Below are positions 63,198 through 64,000 of a stretch of DNA of 64,000 nt, one piece after another. The notes beneath the pieces were generated by a model, which was not told where the DNA came from, ran no database searches, and worked only from the letters and a program-made list of their open reading frames with translations. This DNA is from an uncultured Oscillospiraceae bacterium (GTDB lineage: Bacteria; Bacillota; Clostridia; Oscillospirales; Ruminococcaceae): contig CASDQY010000058.1 in NCBI GenBank assembly GCA_949282975.1, positions 5,699-69,698 on the forward strand, given 5' to 3'. How positions within the stretch are numbered: position 1 is the stretch's first letter; every line of letters starts with the position of its first letter. The translations under genes were made by a program, and so were the position numbers.

Positions 63198-63224
63198 CAC
63201 CCGCCTTCCCAATGGAAGGCGGGT
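63198..63224. repeat. 27-nt hairpin repeat, copy 1
   Basis: CACCCGCCTTCCcaatGGAAGGCGGGT, identical to 63469-63495. Terminator-like, after the oxidoreductase gene. Confidence 0.8.
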
Positions 63225-63468
63225 CAGACTGTCGAGAAACCTTTCATTGCCGTAAATTTTACCCTCTCAGTCCGGTCTCTTCGAGCCCGGCCAGCTCCCC
63301 CATTGGGGGAGCCACTGGTTAAATTGTTTCATATAACCATACTTTTTTACAGGGAAAACATTTTCTGTCAATGCCTCTCCCTATGGGCAACATGGCGAAG
63401 CCATGCTTAGGTGCCGAACGTAGTGAGGCGGAGAGGGTTTCTGCTCCATCGGACTTTTTCCACAAACT

Positions 63469-63495
63469 CACCCGCCTTCCCAATGGAAGGCGGGT
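63469..63495. repeat. 27-nt hairpin repeat, copy 2
   Basis: Identical sequence, lying just 3' (minus-strand sense) of the convergent gene that ends at 63512. Confidence 0.8.
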
Positions 63496-63511
63496 GCATA
63501 TTTTACCGGTT

Positions 63512-64000
63512 TTATTCGCTTTTCAGTACGCCGATGCCGTAAGAAATCTGCAGCATCCGGGTATCCATTTGGGTGGGAGCAAGCTGGATCAGCTTGGTGC
63601 CGTTTTCGATGGTGCACATTCCCATGCTCCATCCGGCCTGGCCGATGCTGGAATCGTAGTTCACCAGCATGGGAACCCGTTCCCACGGCCCTTCGCCCAG
63701 ATGATAGTTCACCAAAAAATCTCCGGGGTCACGCAGCCGCAGGGCGTCTCCGTCCCGTTTGGCGCTGACAATGATAGTGCCGTTTTCTCCCCCCTGCGGG
63801 ACCCATACGCAATAGGGCATGCTCATCAGATAGAACCCGTCGGCGGTTTCAATCCGGGTGCCCTTAAAGGCAGGATCGCCGAAATCCATGCCGTCGTCGG
63901 ACATACGGCAGTGAACGTCAAAATAAGGATCGCCTTCTTTGGGGAAGCAGACAATTTCATAGCACATGAAATATTTTCCGTTGGGCAGCCGGGTCACAAT
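63512..64000 (-). CDS. C-terminal part of a beta-propeller/glycoside-hydrolase-like protein (5' end outside window)
   Basis: The ORF is open to the window edge. The sequence looks beta-strand-rich (..YEIVCFP..MPYCVWVP..TIIVSAKRDGD..). The family was not confidently recognised. Confidence 0.4.
   Translation of the reverse strand: MVTRLPNGKYFMCYEIVCFPKEGDPYFDVHCRMSDDGMDFGDPAFKGTRIETADGFYLMSMPYCVWVPQGGENGTIIVSAKRDGDALRLRDPGDFLVNYHLGEGPWERVPMLVNYDSSIGQAGWSMGMCTIENGTKLIQLAPTQMDTRMLQISYGIGVLKSE

Overview
The window comes from a GC-rich, spore-forming Firmicute. The Clostridia-like placement is an inference from the cotJA-cotJB-cotJC operon, lgt and overall gene content. Bases 1-21.4 kb hold ordinary chromosomal genes: nitroreductase, an M16 peptidase pair, lgt, folD, an ABC-2 exporter, tRNA-Arg(CCG), a MoxR/DUF58/transglutaminase operon, a DEDD exonuclease, mnmA, an amidohydrolase, a fumarate hydratase alpha subunit, a THUMP RNA methyltransferase and a TetR regulator. 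Bases ~21.88-61.43 kb are a complete ~39.5-kb siphovirus-type prophage with a large serine recombinase. It is inserted inside the spore-coat gene cotJC: the N-terminal 65 codons lie at 61425-61619 and the C-terminal 132 codons at 21477-21875, both on the minus strand. The prophage contains these modules, in order: a superinfection-exclusion/lysogeny module; a cI-like switch; an HUH Rep; a radical-SAM / circularly permuted C5-methyltransferase / PP-loop / MazG cluster; RecU; an ArpU-like regulator; a ~420-nt structured noncoding island with two tRNA-like modules; an adenine methyltransferase carrying a G10 tract; HNH, TerS and TerL; an HK97-type head module; a tail module with a -1 frameshift chaperone; a Dit gene with an in-frame TGA; a diversity-generating retroelement (tail-fibre target with C-terminal VR, then TR, then RT); a lysis cassette; and a right-end accessory region with a duplicated promoter cassette. 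Bases 61.4-64 kb return to host DNA (cotJC 5' part, cotJB, cotJA, a Gfo/Idh/MocA oxidoreductase and a partial hydrolase-like gene). All calls rest on reading the translations and the nucleotide sequence; no database search was run.
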